Assembly (NCBI GenBank): GCA_951406725.2
Contig: OX597817.1
Span: forward strand, 100,502,001-100,566,000
Direction of reading: 5' to 3'
DNA length: 64,000 nt
DNA from: Octopus vulgaris
Taxonomy: Eukaryota
Position 1 is the first letter of the stretch. Each line of letters opens with the position of its first letter. This document shows positions 40,811 through 53,468 of the stretch, one piece after another. The notes under the pieces are model-generated. The model was not told the DNA's origin. It did no database searches and saw nothing but the letters and a program-made list of their open reading frames with translations. A program made the position numbers and the translations under genes.

Positions 40811-41055
40811 AACAAACATAAAATAAATATATATAATAAAATATTAGGGAATAAATCCAAACTTACAGGGAAAAATCAGATTTAGGATTAAATCCAATTT
40901 TATAGTAAAATATTATATTATATTAAATTAGAGATAAAACCACTATTAGGCAAATCAAACAATGAAAAACATAAGCCAATACATAAAATTAATTAATTTA
41001 TATTATTTTAAATATATATCAAAAGTATTAAAAGTTTAATAAAAGATAATGAGTA

Positions 41056-41130
41056 AAACACTACGATCGTTTCATGGCTGTCCAATTCGTAATAATTCGA
41101 GTTATGGTTACAGTCAATCTTCAGGTAATT
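41056..41130 (-). ncRNA. Minimal hammerhead ribozyme motif in a pLTR-like segment with a short inversion (40921-40968 / 41170-41218)
   Basis: aattac-CTGAAGA-ttgactgt...acagccat-GAAA-CGATCG-TA-gtgttt. Confidence 0.75.
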
Positions 41131-41211
41131 GAAATATCTATCTTAGCGAGGTTTAACAGTGAACTAAAATTTTTCATTGTTTAATTTGCCTAATAGTGGT
41201 TTTATCTCTAA

Positions 41212-41264
<53 letters not shown>

Positions 41265-41268
<4 letters not shown>

Positions 41269-41575
41269 TTGATCACGTGACCGACAAGACCATCAAATGT
41301 TTTACACATCGCTGGTCACAATGCGTTCGCATTGTTTTAGCCTTCGAATGATGCCACTCCGCTGGCTAAGCGAAGAGAGAACAGAAGAGGCCAATAGAAG
41401 AGAGAGAGAGAAAGAGTAGTGAAAGAGTACACCAGGGATCACCACACCCTGTCGGAGCGTCGTGGAGCTTTTAGTTGTTTTCGCCCAATAAACACTCACA
41501 ACGCCCGGTCTGGGAATCGAAACCGCGATCCTACGACCGCGAGTCCGCTGCCCTAACCACTAGGCCATTGCGCCT

Positions 41576-41577
<2 letters not shown>
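41265..41577 (-). mobile_element. tRNA-derived SINE family C
   Basis: Head GGAGGCGCAATGGCCTAGTGGTTAGGGCAGCGGACTCGCGGTCGTAGGATCGCGGTTTCGATTCCC with A and B boxes, followed by a non-tRNA body. Confidence 0.85.
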
Positions 41578-41656
<79 letters not shown>

Positions 41657-41661
<5 letters not shown>

Positions 41662-42840
41662 GGTAATTCCATAAGTAACACGTTTTTTTTTCAAGTGCAT
41701 GAACCAAAAGACGGAGGTGGACGGTATAAACTACCTGCATCAATTTGCTAGAAAAGCTGGTAGTAATTTTACCTTGTACTTATTTTTAGTACAAGTTTTG
41801 AAGAGTGCAGTTCAATTTTAACAGTTAATTTTTCAAAGCTATAATGGAAGTGGCAAAGGAGCATATATTCTTTTTGAGTTCAATAAAGGCAACATCGCAA
41901 CGGAAAGTACAAGGAATGTTAATGCAGTATATGGGGATCAGAAAATAATTCTAAGCCAGTGTCAACAGTGGCTCCGGAAATTCCGACCCGGAAACTACGG
42001 GCTAGAAGACGAGCCTCGTCCTGGAAGATCTGGAGAGCTCGACGAGGACGTCCTGCAAACCCTGGTGGAACAAAATCCCATCTTAATTGTTGAGGAACTA
42101 GCAGAAAAGCTTGGATTTAGTTATTCAACCATTTATCGACACCTGCGTGTCATTGGAAAAGTCAGAAAATTCGGTCAATGTGTTAGTCACAAACTTTCCG
42201 AATCTAATCGCGCGCAGCGAGTGAATGTGTGCTCTTCTTTGCTGCCACGTCTCACGAATGAATCTTTTTTGGATCGAATAGTGACGAGAAATGAGTTCTC
42301 TTTAAAAATATCAAACACCAAAGACAGTAGGTAGGAGAAGGAGCAACACCGGCATCCCAGGCTAAAGAAGGTCTTCACCCACGTAAGATGGTGTCACCTG
42401 TTTCGTGGGATATGAAAGGTTAGAACTTTTAAATCCAAACCTAACTATAATAAAGGAAACCTACTGTGAGCAGGTTGAGCGGCTTAAGTCAGCGCTAGAA
42501 AAAAAAAACGACCATCTTTGGTTTGAAGACGAAAGGTGTTCTTTCATCAGGATGATGCTCGGCCACATACAGCGAGGATGACATTCCAAAGGCTGGAGTA
42601 GTTTGAATGGGAAACGACTCTCCACCCACCATATTTGCCTGACGTTGCTCCATCTGATTATCATTTATTTCGCAGTTTTCAAAATCATTTGGATGGAAAA
42701 TATATGAATTCTGTAGAGGAGGAATATTTTTTGCCAGGGACAAGTAAATTTTGGATGAGGGGCCTTGCAAATCTACCATATAGATGAAAGAGCATAGTAG
42801 AAAATGAAGGAAAGTATATTTTAGATTAAAAAAGAACCTG
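41657..42840 (+). mobile_element. Mariner transposon, decayed
   Basis: LEDEPRPGRS, EELAEKLGFSYSTIYRHL, FHQDDARPH, HPPYLPDVAPSDYHLFRS. Confidence 0.9.
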
Positions 42841-42869
42841 TGGCGCATATATTTGTCCTTTAACTCTTT

Positions 42870-45431
42870 CGGGATTCAATGGATCAAAATAAACTGTGGG
42901 ATATCTGTCATGGATGGGGAATGGAAGGAGTCTCCAAGCAGCTTCATTACTGCTTACATAATGGCCTATTAGATATTGGTGTACCTCATTGATGCCCTAT
43001 CAGCATCTGAAAGGCCAAAGATAGCCATGTCGGACCCTTTGTTTATATATGTGTATACATACTTGATGGAGCGAACGGAATTGCAAAATTCCACGTTAAT
43101 GTGTGCCTTGAAAACTCGTAGCAATAGAGGACTATATGGGACAATCCATCTGTTGTCTACAACGACCGGAGTTTGCTGTGGCCGAAGGGTGAAATGGAAT
43201 CCACCGTCTCCCGGTTAGCGTCTTTTGTACGTTGGATCCCCGTCATGTCCAGTGTGCGTTTCAGAAGTGAACTGTTTAGGGTACCCTTTTGAGCACTTTC
43301 CATTTATCATGCATGGGGAATTCTGATTATAAGGACTACAGGGACCATGAACCATATGCGATTTGACGATGTCGAAAAGTCGTTTGTCTACATCCTGATT
43401 TGGAATCTCCGCACTTATAACAGAGTATATTTGGGTTGAGTGAAACTTTTCGTTCAACCAAATCAAAATATGTGCATGCGGCAGGCCTCGTTTCTGCCAT
43501 TCGAAGGTATACATTCGATAGATAACTTCTCCAATTATTTTTTTATTTGTAAGTATGTCCATGAATTTCAATATCTTAATGTGGAAAACCCTCGCGATTA
43601 AGTCGTGTCGATGATGGGGTTTTTGCCCTGGCAGAAGATTTTCAGTAACTTCAGTTCACTTAGGATTGCTTGTGAATGTAAGGAAAAGGTCTGGAGAAGC
43701 AAAGTTTCTAACACAGGTCATAGCGTCTTGTGTTTTTTCGTGTATGTACCTTGGTTCCCCGGTGAAGGAAGCCGGAAGAATAACCCTGTGGCCGACATTT
43801 TGAATGTCATCATCATTGGCAATAGCATCCCGCAAGAGGATGTAGGATTTAACACGAAGTTTTAGTTGGTTATTTTTTATATAAAGATGGCGCTGATCCT
43901 CCACTTTAGCGTATATGTCTACCATGAACTGCTGGAAAAGGTTACATTTGAGTAAGTGGCTGACCGGCTCACGAACCATGATCATGAAGGTGTAAAAGTC
44001 ATTGCTAGTGACAGACTTTGTTTGATAATTATGTCTGGTTAGTGGATAGCTATCTTGCCCTTCCCAGAATATGATTGGTTACTGTAGATCATCATATGAA
44101 CGATGAGTCTCAGAAACCCTTCATAATGTATTGTCACGTGAGTGGATAACAATAACCCTGCGGTCATATTGATCGCCAACTAAGATACAGGCGACCTCTT
44201 CAGTGGTGGGGGCATTGTATCAACCCAAGTACTGTCTAACGGGTTTTTGTCGGCTCTTATGGCTAGGTTAAAATCATTTGAAATTTGTGTCTATTCTGCT
44301 GCAACTTATAGTTGTCGAATCAGATTATTTTGGGTCAAAAACATGGTCTGCAGAGTAGAAACGATGTCCTCATGCAAGGCTGTTATTATCTGACAGTGTC
44401 ACCTTAACTGCTGCTGGTTGTTTCCCATAAAGTAAATTTGCAGAAATTTGGCTGGGTCATCGTTGGATGGTATACTTGCCCTTGCACTCTGAATGTCGTC
44501 TGAAATCTTTCCTTTGCTATTTGTTAAGTCGCGCCAAAAGATGTCAGCTGGGAAGTGAAATTGTAGCGTCGAATGTACTTTGATTCTGTAGTACACCCAT
44601 CTAGCAAGTCAAATAATGGCTGTGGAGGAGGTTATAAAAAATGAATCTGAACCTTGTCTCCAGAGCAACACATTCCAGGACTTTCACACGCAAACTTCTT
44701 TGCCCCACAGAACCTGCACAGATGCGATAGCCAGCCTACTCTTACAGCAAGATCTCCCCTGTAATCTAAATCAGGATCATATATAAGAGCCGATTTCTCT
44801 TCGCAAAATGCACCTTCCATTGGTACATGCGTGGGGGCGGCAGGCATTATATATTGGACACTCGAACTCATTATAATAACACTGTCTATACTGCGATTTG
44901 TCCTAACAAACGCTTGCCTATTGGATGCTTGTAAGAGGCGGTTGTCACGCTGTTGGTGAGACTCAGCTGCTCGGTTTGTTGCAGATCTACATCGGTTCAG
45001 TGTAAGGCGCTCCGAACGGTGCTCCTGAGACTCAGCAGATCGGGCTGCTGCAGTTGTACGTCTGTTTCATAGTAAACGTGTGGAACATGCTTCCTGACAC
45101 TCAGCTGCTCTGGTTGCTGCAGTTCTACGTCTGTTTCGAAGAAGATGTATGGAATGTGCTTCCTGAGACCCAGCTGCTCACGTTGCTTCTGCAGTCCACC
45201 GATTATGAAGATGCCGCACCTGGCAGTCTACCTCAAACTCTGATGTCCGTGTTGCTGTTATTCTACACCTGGTTTTTTAAACTCGTTGCAGCCGTTCTGT
45301 TTGAGACTCTGACACTCGTATTGCTGCAGCTGTTCACGCTGAAGTGAGTTTTCTTGAGTACGAATAGAAGCCGCTTTCTTTGCGGCCATTGTTTGTGGAA
45401 ATAAATTAGAATGTCTTCGTTTTAGTGGCAT
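42870..45431 (-). pseudogene. Helitron Rep pseudogene (N-terminal repeats, zinc finger, HUH Rep; helicase missing)
   Basis: CRFCGAKKFACESPGMCCSGDKV, KFLQIYF, ILPASFTGEPRY, DLFLTFTSNP, EWQKRGLPHAHILIWL, YVSSNEAAWR. Confidence 0.92.
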
Positions 45432-47584
45432 GGCTGAAAATAGCGAACGATTATGGAAAATATATTATATGGAAGACATAGCAATAAGTTGTGCATTGTA
45501 TAATTTGATTTTTTAGTAACGAATGAAGAGCTGTGGAAAAAATCATATGTCAATTTGTATACCGTTATCATGAGAAGAAGCGGTAAGTTCACAATGATTT
45601 GGCTGTTCTGTGTTGATAAGCGTAATGCATTCTGTTAGCAGATATATAGTGGCGGAATGGAACTTATCGTTTGTCAAGAAGTGAAGGAGGGAGGGTACAG
45701 TTGTAAAGTGATTTATGTTCATAAGTATCACAAACTATGTACTGTTTCATCGAATAAAAGGAGTTGATATGATTTTGAAAATTATATTTTCCACCTACCC
45801 ACCGAAATTTCCTAATTTTTAACTGTTTTTCGAATTTTGTTTGTTATCCACGTGGAAAAATAGAGATTATGAATGTGGGGAATATAATTTGTTCTTGAAA
45901 GTTAAATTTTTCTGAAAGAAATACCCATCAGCTACCCGCTTTGGGACGAAATGCAAATCTCCTGTTTGAAAAACATAGGAATGTGAGTAAATTGAGGAAT
46001 GAAATAAGGGGAAGGACAGAAATGTAATCTCGGACATGCTAGAAATAACAGGTAAAGGACTGGATTTCTGAGATAACTTGCTTGTAAGTTTCCGGGTTTT
46101 TTTCACCGGATTCCTATGTTTTAGATGACGGAGATTCCGAATATGCAAAAAACCAAGTTTTCAAAAATTTTAGCTTTTTTCGAATTTTTTTTTCAATTTA
46201 CGTGGAAAAATACGGAGATTAAGATTATGGGGGTGAGTGGGTAAAAGAAATTTTAATTTCAAATTTTTTATGAAAAACTCTAAAATTGATCCACACCCCA
46301 TCCCGCTATCTAAAAGTGAAAACGAATGGCTGTTTTGCCCGTTTCCGCATGCGTAGATTTAGAGTGAAAGAGCAAAAGGATCACAGCATGTGAAGCCCTC
46401 ACCACGAAACTCGATATACTAAAAATAACAGGGCAATTTTTCGTTTTTTAGATTGCCAATAACAGCTAAATGCCTGGAGAATTTTTGTGGTTGTGGGTGC
46501 GCGTGCGCAACAATTCCTACAGCTTATCCGAATGAACAGAGAAAGAAGTACACCAAATATATTTGACATACCTGTCATATACGTCGGCTTTGTTTTTTTC
46601 GCTTTAAAGGTAAACGATTCTGATAGAAACAATTACCTTGGTGTCAGTTCATTGGATTAATCCCAACAAAATACTACAAGTTTAGTCACTGGCTCAGTAC
46701 CTATGTTTGTGTTCATTCTAAAATAATAAAAAACTTTAACATACTTCCATTTGAAATTAGAATTTGTCCCCACCCCCATATTCTTAATCTCCGTATTTTC
46801 CCCGCGTAGATTGAAAAAAGAATTTCGAAAAAAAAATTTAAAATTTGGGTGGGGGAGGAATGAAAAAATTTGAAAACCTGGTTTTTTGCATATTCGGAAT
46901 CTCCGTCATCGAAAACATAGGAATCCGGTGAAGAAATACTGAATGCTCCTTCCCCCATCTTGACCACCCATCAACTACCCGCTTTGGGGCGAAATGCAAA
47001 TGTCCTATATGGAAAACAGGAATTTGAATAAATTGAGGAAAGAAATAAGTGTGGGCGGCGGTACTCTAACTGTGTGTACACCAAAGGAAGTTATTTTTGC
47101 ATAACTTACTTAATTCCAATTAATTAGTGGAAGTTGTGACTTGTTGACAGCATGAGGTCCCTGCACATTATAATGAGAAATTGAAAGAGAGAGAGAGATA
47201 ATGCCTAATTCTACGCATGCATGAAACTTGGGACGAATGTGAAAATGACCTGAAAATTTTTACGATACAACCTGGGTTCTGGGGTTGTTAGCGTCCCCTT
47301 CTCTCCCGCTTTCCCCCACCCTCTTTGTGCCGGTGTTTTTCACTTTCAACTATGGAACATTCATAGGGTATGAAACATCAGCGTCTGTCTCTCACTCGCT
47401 ATCCGTCTTTCAACTTCCATAGAGACTTGTTTTCTGTCTCTGTTTCTTTCTCTTGTCTCTCTGTCTTTTTCTCATTCTGCGTTTCTCCCGGTCATTCTGT
47501 GAAAATTGATTTCTTTATTCTTTGAAGAGAGCAGAAATTGAAAGGAAAGAGAAAATGGTAGAGAGTGTATATGAAATGGATGAG

Positions 47585-47650
<66 letters not shown>

Positions 47651-47966
47651 CGTGTGCGCGAAAGAGAGACAGAGAGGAAGAGACAAAGAGACAGTGAGTG
47701 AAGGTGTGTGTCGTGATGAAGGATATCTTTTAAAGTAGAAAATGTGACGTCATCATAGTCATATAAATGTTTACGATAGTTGACTTATATAAAAGATTAT
47801 AATTTAAAATTTTTGAAATCTATAGTGCAAATATGTCAAAGAAAATAAAGTTTAATTAGTAGCCAAAATAGTAATGAATCTTTTGATACCCCATACGTCA
47901 AAATCGGCACCTTGATTTTGGAATGTATAAGGAACATACGTACACACACTCTTTTATAGTTATAGA
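45432..47966 (-). mobile_element. Probable Helitron 5' non-coding region with internal direct and inverted repeats
   Basis: Helitron-like 5' ends at 47966 (TCTATAACTATAAAAG) and 47796. Inverted repeat 46095-46240 / 46768-46935; direct repeat 45923-46007 / 46966-47049. Confidence 0.55.
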
Positions 47967-48199
47967 TATATGTATACACACACACACACACACATTTTGT
48001 TGGAGGTTAGTCACCTTCCTAATATTGTTATTAAAGACAAAATATTCTCACAAACTAATCCAAAATAATCCAGTATCTGGAGTTAATTAACCTGTATTTA
48101 GTGCTTCAGGCAAAATTGTCATTTTGCTCCTGAATTGTGATTTATACTCCGTGTGTAATTAAGACTTCCGATCAACTGTGTAGTTTTAGCGTTTTGTTA

Positions 48200-49600
48200 T
48201 ATCTTTTTGCGTCACAATACTGTTGTAAGCTTGTATGCTGGCTTTGGGCAATTGTGTGTTAGATTATTATTTGTGCGTTTATGCAGATAATTTTCGAATT
48301 CAAAAAAGCTTTTAGTTTGTTGGAAAATATGATTTAGATTGGTTATAACATTCAGAAAGATACGAGCGCCATCTCTATCCTCACAAATTCTTTTCTTTAC
48401 ATCTAAATAAGAAATCGATGCTTGTTTGTTCATACCCAACTTTGTTCATACCCATGCTTAACTTTTACTCAATGTTAAGATTATAATTATTATAATATGA
48501 CCTAAGCAATTTTCCTGCGTCGAATGCATAAAAATTCAACAAAATTCAACAAAAATATAATTGAGCAAATTGATGAGAAAAAATTCCCTCATGAATATCA
48601 TCAATAAAGATTACTTTGAAGAGTGAAAACTAAATTCTTCAAAATTAGATAAAGATATAGCAGTCATGTTCACTACAAGCAACATAAAATATGCTGGATT
48701 AAGACTGAAATTTGACAGAAATACAGAGATCAATTATCAGGGAGAAAAACTAAAACCACAATAAAATAACTTATAGAATCTATTCCCTGATGATGCATGT
48801 GCGATGAAGAAAAAATGTAATGTGATCATATTTGAGACTGTCGACAATACCAAATCCTGCAGGTGCCTGCTCGTCTACATTTGTATGTTAAATTATCGCT
48901 TTAAATTTAAGATTCAGTCTTGTCATTTTCTCATTTGAAAGCGTTCATTTTGTAATATTTTATTTTGTATTCAGAAATACATTGTTGATCGACTCAAATT
49001 TTTGGGAAGATTCTTACAAGTAGTATCATGTTAGTACGATTATCTTTGTAGATTGGCATGTCGGAACCTTTAAAATTGTTTCGAAATTCACTTATGTATG
49101 GTGACAGTAAAAGACAGGATTCTCTGCACTGTACATTGCGATATTCAATAGCTTATGAAATGACGTGCAGTGTTACTGTCTGGAATCTTTTATTATCTCT
49201 AATTTCAAATTTGCTTCTGTATGTAAATATACTATAGTATCAATGTTGTGATAAGGATTTTATTGAATTTTCCAGAATTGGAAATCTGGGATGGTTGATG
49301 TGAGTGGAGTAAAATTTCGTCTTTTCTTCTGAGATTTTAAGGAATTTTGCGATGAAACTGTATATAGTTTATTTTTGTACTCTCATATTGTTGATGATGA
49401 AGTCGTTTTTAGTTCTATAAAAGTGCATTGTTAAGGCTGTTAATGTTTTATTTCAGTATGCTCAGCTTTTTGTATTATGATTACGTTGGATACCTACTTT
49501 GGCGGTTTTTCATTTCAAATGAGACGTTTTTAATTTTGTTATGAGATTGACTCGCTATCGTAGCTGGTAAAATTGTTAATGAAGCTGGTAACTTTAAGAG
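48200..49600 (-). mobile_element. Highly decayed PLE-like RT remnant
   Basis: IFIDDI near 48600 followed by ISYLDVK. Confidence 0.35.
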
Positions 49601-51155
49601 GAATACGATTGGGGTATATTTAGGTAACACAGCGTAATTAGAATACCCGAAAATCTATGATGACAAATAGATAACAAATGACAAGCTGCTTATTTGAAAT
49701 CCTTCAATATGGCGACTGTAAACAATGGGAGAAATATTTTATTTTTATCTCTAGTAAACAGAAAAAAAAAACATAAGGGAATCCTCGAATATAACCGTAC
49801 CCTTATCACAATTCTTCGACGAACTAGGGAAATTGAACCTAACTCACTATATTTATATATAGTGAGTTACGTATGAGAACAATTGGTTATTTTTCATAAC
49901 GTCTGCAGTGCGCCTAGTGAAAACTTTCAAATAAATAACTATATATTTGTGTTTAAGGTATTCCGAATTCCGCACTATAATCTATAATAAACTTCACTAT
50001 GTTTATATACGTTTATATATCATCTTTATATATCATTCAACTACGAAATTGCAACCTTAAGAATATTATTCAACTACTATCGTAGTTGAATAATATTCTT
50101 AAGGTTGCAATTTACTCACACGCAGCATCTTTCAGAACTTGTCATTAATTCAGTTCTTAACCAAATAGAAAACTGTTAAGATCTTTGAAGAGGACTGGTC
50201 CCTAGCTACATTTTGGCATATAAAATTGATATTTGATTTAGTAGAAAAAAAGTTTACATCAAAATTTGTAGCAACGTTATAGAAGAGTAAGTAACGCCAC
50301 CACTCAAGTTTAGATCTAAATAACTTTTTATTTTAAAAGCAAAAAATATTTATCTTAGCTTCAATGATAGAAGAAAGCCTGAAGAATTTCATAGTTTGTA
50401 TAAAAAAAGTTGTGAGGTAAAATATCATGAAAAAATATAAGCAAGCCAAAAAATAGGATTTTTTTTAATTTTTAAAGCAAACTATATCTTAATTAAGCAT
50501 AAATGATAGAGTACAATTCGAAGAATTTCATGGTATCATCTCATGCAATGAAGTTTCAAAAGAAAAAGTTGCGAGTATTTGTTTCTCAAATTTGAGGGTA
50601 ATAATGTAGTTCTATACTTCTTTATGAATATAGTTCTTTAAGGAGACTTTTAATATATGTCACCGGTGTCATTGAGATAAGGAAAAAATTATCAACAACA
50701 CTGCTAATTGACGCATTTGACACATTATTAATTAGCATAATAGCATAGCCTGGAAAAAAACATGAATTACATGGAAAAATGCGAGCAAGAGAAATAATAA
50801 TCTTAAGATTACAAACTTTGGAAATTACAGTACAAGTTATTACACTTGGAAAAGTTCAGGACAACTTATTACATCTGATAAAGTACAGAACAAGAAAATT
50901 TTTACTTAAAATATTGCAGCTAAAATAAATTTTTACTTAAAATATTGCAACCTTTTCAATAGTCAAGATTATTGAAAAGGTTGCAAGACGCAACGAAAAT
51001 TTTAGGAAAATAAAAATAAGAAATAAGTGGAAATTTTACTGGTGAATGTGTTAAATTATAAGGCACAAAAAGAAAATGACTCTCCCCATACACAACAGAA
51101 TATGCTTCAACACACGAACTCATAAAGAATCTTGTAAACCAAATCCAAAAATGAA

Positions 51156-51186
<31 letters not shown>

Positions 51187-51346
51187 CGTACATTTGCCAT
51201 TTGAATATGGCTAACCCCTAAGGGTGGATGCTACTGTAGTTTGTAGCCCCAGGAGGACACCTCCTCCAGCTGGCTATAGACACACTTTCTGTGCCCTATC
51301 AGTATTTGTGAAGGAAAGTCATCCTTCCCGTCTTCAACTTATGATA

Positions 51347-51391
51347 CACACGGACTCGAGTTTCAAGGTATTAACCTATCATCGGCGTGTG
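51347..51391 (-). ncRNA. Minimal hammerhead ribozyme (inverted copy)
   Basis: cacacg-CCGATGA-taggttaatacctt-GAAA-CTCGAG-TC-cgtgtg. Confidence 0.8.
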
Positions 51392-51487
51392 ACAATCATA
51401 GTTGTTGACGAGAAGTCAGCTCCCTTCACAAATACATATACTTTTTCCAAATACATATACTGACTTGTCGTCGACAACTATGATTGT

Positions 51488-51532
51488 CACACGCCGATGA
51501 TAGGTCAATACCTTGAAACTCGAGTCCGTGTG
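51488..51532 (+). ncRNA. Minimal hammerhead ribozyme, predicted cleavage after 51526 (GUC)
   Basis: cacacg-CCGATGA-taggtcaatacctt-GAAA-CTCGAG-TC-cgtgtg, with a perfect 6-bp stem I and palindromic stem III. Confidence 0.85.
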
Positions 51533-51839
51533 TATCATAAGTTGAGGACGGGAAGGATGACTTCCCTTCACAAATACTGATAGGGCACAGAAAGTGTGTC
51601 TATAGCCAGCTGGAGGAGGTGTCCTCCTGGGGCTACAAACTACAGTAGCATCCACCCTTAGGGGTTAGCCATATTCAAATGGCAAATATACGTCACGATG
51701 TGTTTCCGCTACTGTTTATAACTCGCTCTGAGATTTATCATTGTTTGATTTCACTTTTTCAATATCAGTGTCAATCGATACTGGAAAAAGTATATGTATT
51801 TGTGAAGGGAGCTGACTTCTCGTCGACAACTATGATTGT

Positions 51840-51884
51840 CACACGCCGATGATAGGTCAATACCTTGAAACTCGAGTCCGTGTG
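51840..51884 (+). ncRNA. Minimal hammerhead ribozyme, predicted cleavage after 51878 (GUC)
   Basis: Identical to 51488-51532. Confidence 0.85.
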
Positions 51885-52094
51885 TATCATAAGTTGAAGA
51901 CGGGAAGGATGACTTCCCTTCACAAATACTGATAGGGCACAGAAAGTGTGTCTATAGCCAGCTGGAGGAGGTGTCCTCCTGGGGCTACAAACTACAGTAG
52001 CATCCACCCTTAGGGGTTAGCCACATTCAAATGGCAAATATACGTCACGATGTGTTTCCGCTACTGTTTATAACTCGCTCTGAGATTTATCATT

Positions 52095-52130
<36 letters not shown>

Positions 52131-52196
52131 GAATTTTTTGCGTAATGAGATAAAAAACCAAGGCTGTGTTGATATTAGAACATTTATAGATAGAAG

Positions 52197-52248
52197 GTCT
52201 TACACCTATTTCCAGGATAGTTATTAATTATATCCCTTCATCGGAGAC
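52197..52248 (-). ncRNA. Minimal hammerhead ribozyme motif (different family)
   Basis: gtct-CCGATGA-agggata...tatcctg-GAAA-taggtg-TA-agac. Confidence 0.65.
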
Positions 52249-52654
52249 GATGTGAGAGGATGGTTAAGTTATAGTTAGTTTAGATGTGATACAAAATAGA
52301 CAGTGAGGTGGAGGAAAGAAAATAGAAGCAAGGTATGTAGGGATATTGAAGTTGTAGATCCATTTTTTTAGGTAGAATGGTATATATGTAGGATTCCTAA
52401 ACCTTATGAGTAGAGTCCAACAGAGTTTAAAATGTGTCCTTCCAAATATAGAGTTTATACACAATGTAAGTTTCCAATTGCATATGAGTGAGATCCAGCA
52501 GTTTTTAAACTTGGTCATTCCAAGTACAGATTTATACAGTGTTGTAGGGTCAAAGGTTTTTACTTAAAGTGACCTAAAAATAGGGAGTGTATTAGTAGGG
52601 TCAAATCGAAGACAGGAAGAGAGGAATGAAGAAAGAGAAAAAAGAGAAGAGAAA

Positions 52655-52688
<34 letters not shown>

Positions 52689-53207
52689 AAGACAGAGAAG
52701 GAGAAGAAAGTAAGAAGAAAAGTAATAAAATAATAACAAAATAATAAAAAATATAAAAACCCTGAAGAGAGGGATAAAGGAAATAAAGAAAAAAGAAAAA
52801 AAAAGAAAATAGAAAAAAAAGAAAAAAGAAAAATAAAGATATAGATACATCAGTGGTCAGTGGAGATAATTTGCAAGTAAGAGTGGGGAGATGAAGGGTG
52901 AAAGAGAGAGAAAGGTATTATAGTGTAAAAAGATAGAAGGAATGGGGGTGGCGGTAAAAGGTAAAGGAATGACAAATGTGTGGTGATGGTGTTAGAGTCT
53001 CAGTGTAGGGGCGGAGAGAGTGGTTAGTAGTATGAAGAATTAAGGAATTTATATGTTTAGCAGTTCAGTGCTTAGTAATATAAGAAAATATATATGTGAA
53101 GATGTATATACATGTATATATCAGACATGTTGCACATACAGTCCTTACTCGCATGCATATGCACACATGCACACTCACGTATACATGCATCTGCATGTAT
53201 TCTCGCT

Positions 53208-53254
<47 letters not shown>

Positions 53255-53259
<5 letters not shown>

Positions 53260-53468
53260 AGGAAATGAAGAAAATGCTGACAAATAATTGAAGTAATTTA
53301 AGTAATTTAATTAGGTGAAAGTTCTTTTTACCGGTTGCGCATTTGTTATGCTTATCAAAATATTTTGATAAGCATAACAAATGCGCAACCGGTAAAAAGA
53401 ACTTTCACCTAATTAAATTACTTAAATTACTTCAATTATTTGTCAGCATTTTCTTCATTTCCTTTTTT
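53255..53468. repeat. Perfect spacer-less palindrome, about 107-bp arms, centre at 53361/53362
   Basis: ...ccggttgcgcatttgttatgcttatcaaaat|attttgataagcataacaaatgcgcaaccgg... Confidence 0.95.

Larger units (their letters stand above)
51183..52098 (+). mobile_element. Retrozyme-like / non-autonomous PLE: 352-bp unit, about 1.8 tandem copies plus a 5' inverted partial copy, flanked by (TA)n
   Basis: 51460-51746 is repeated at +352, and 51183-51449 is the reverse complement of the unit. Three HHRs are present and the copies are nearly identical. Confidence 0.88.

Noticed and set aside
41500-41577. tRNA gene
   Set aside because: The acceptor stem does not close and the sequence continues into a SINE body.
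51224-52007. Three near-identical 78-79 aa ORFs (MDATVVCSPRR...)
   Set aside because: They start at GTG, run antisense to the ribozyme strand, have no recognisable domain, and are explained by the repeat unit itself.
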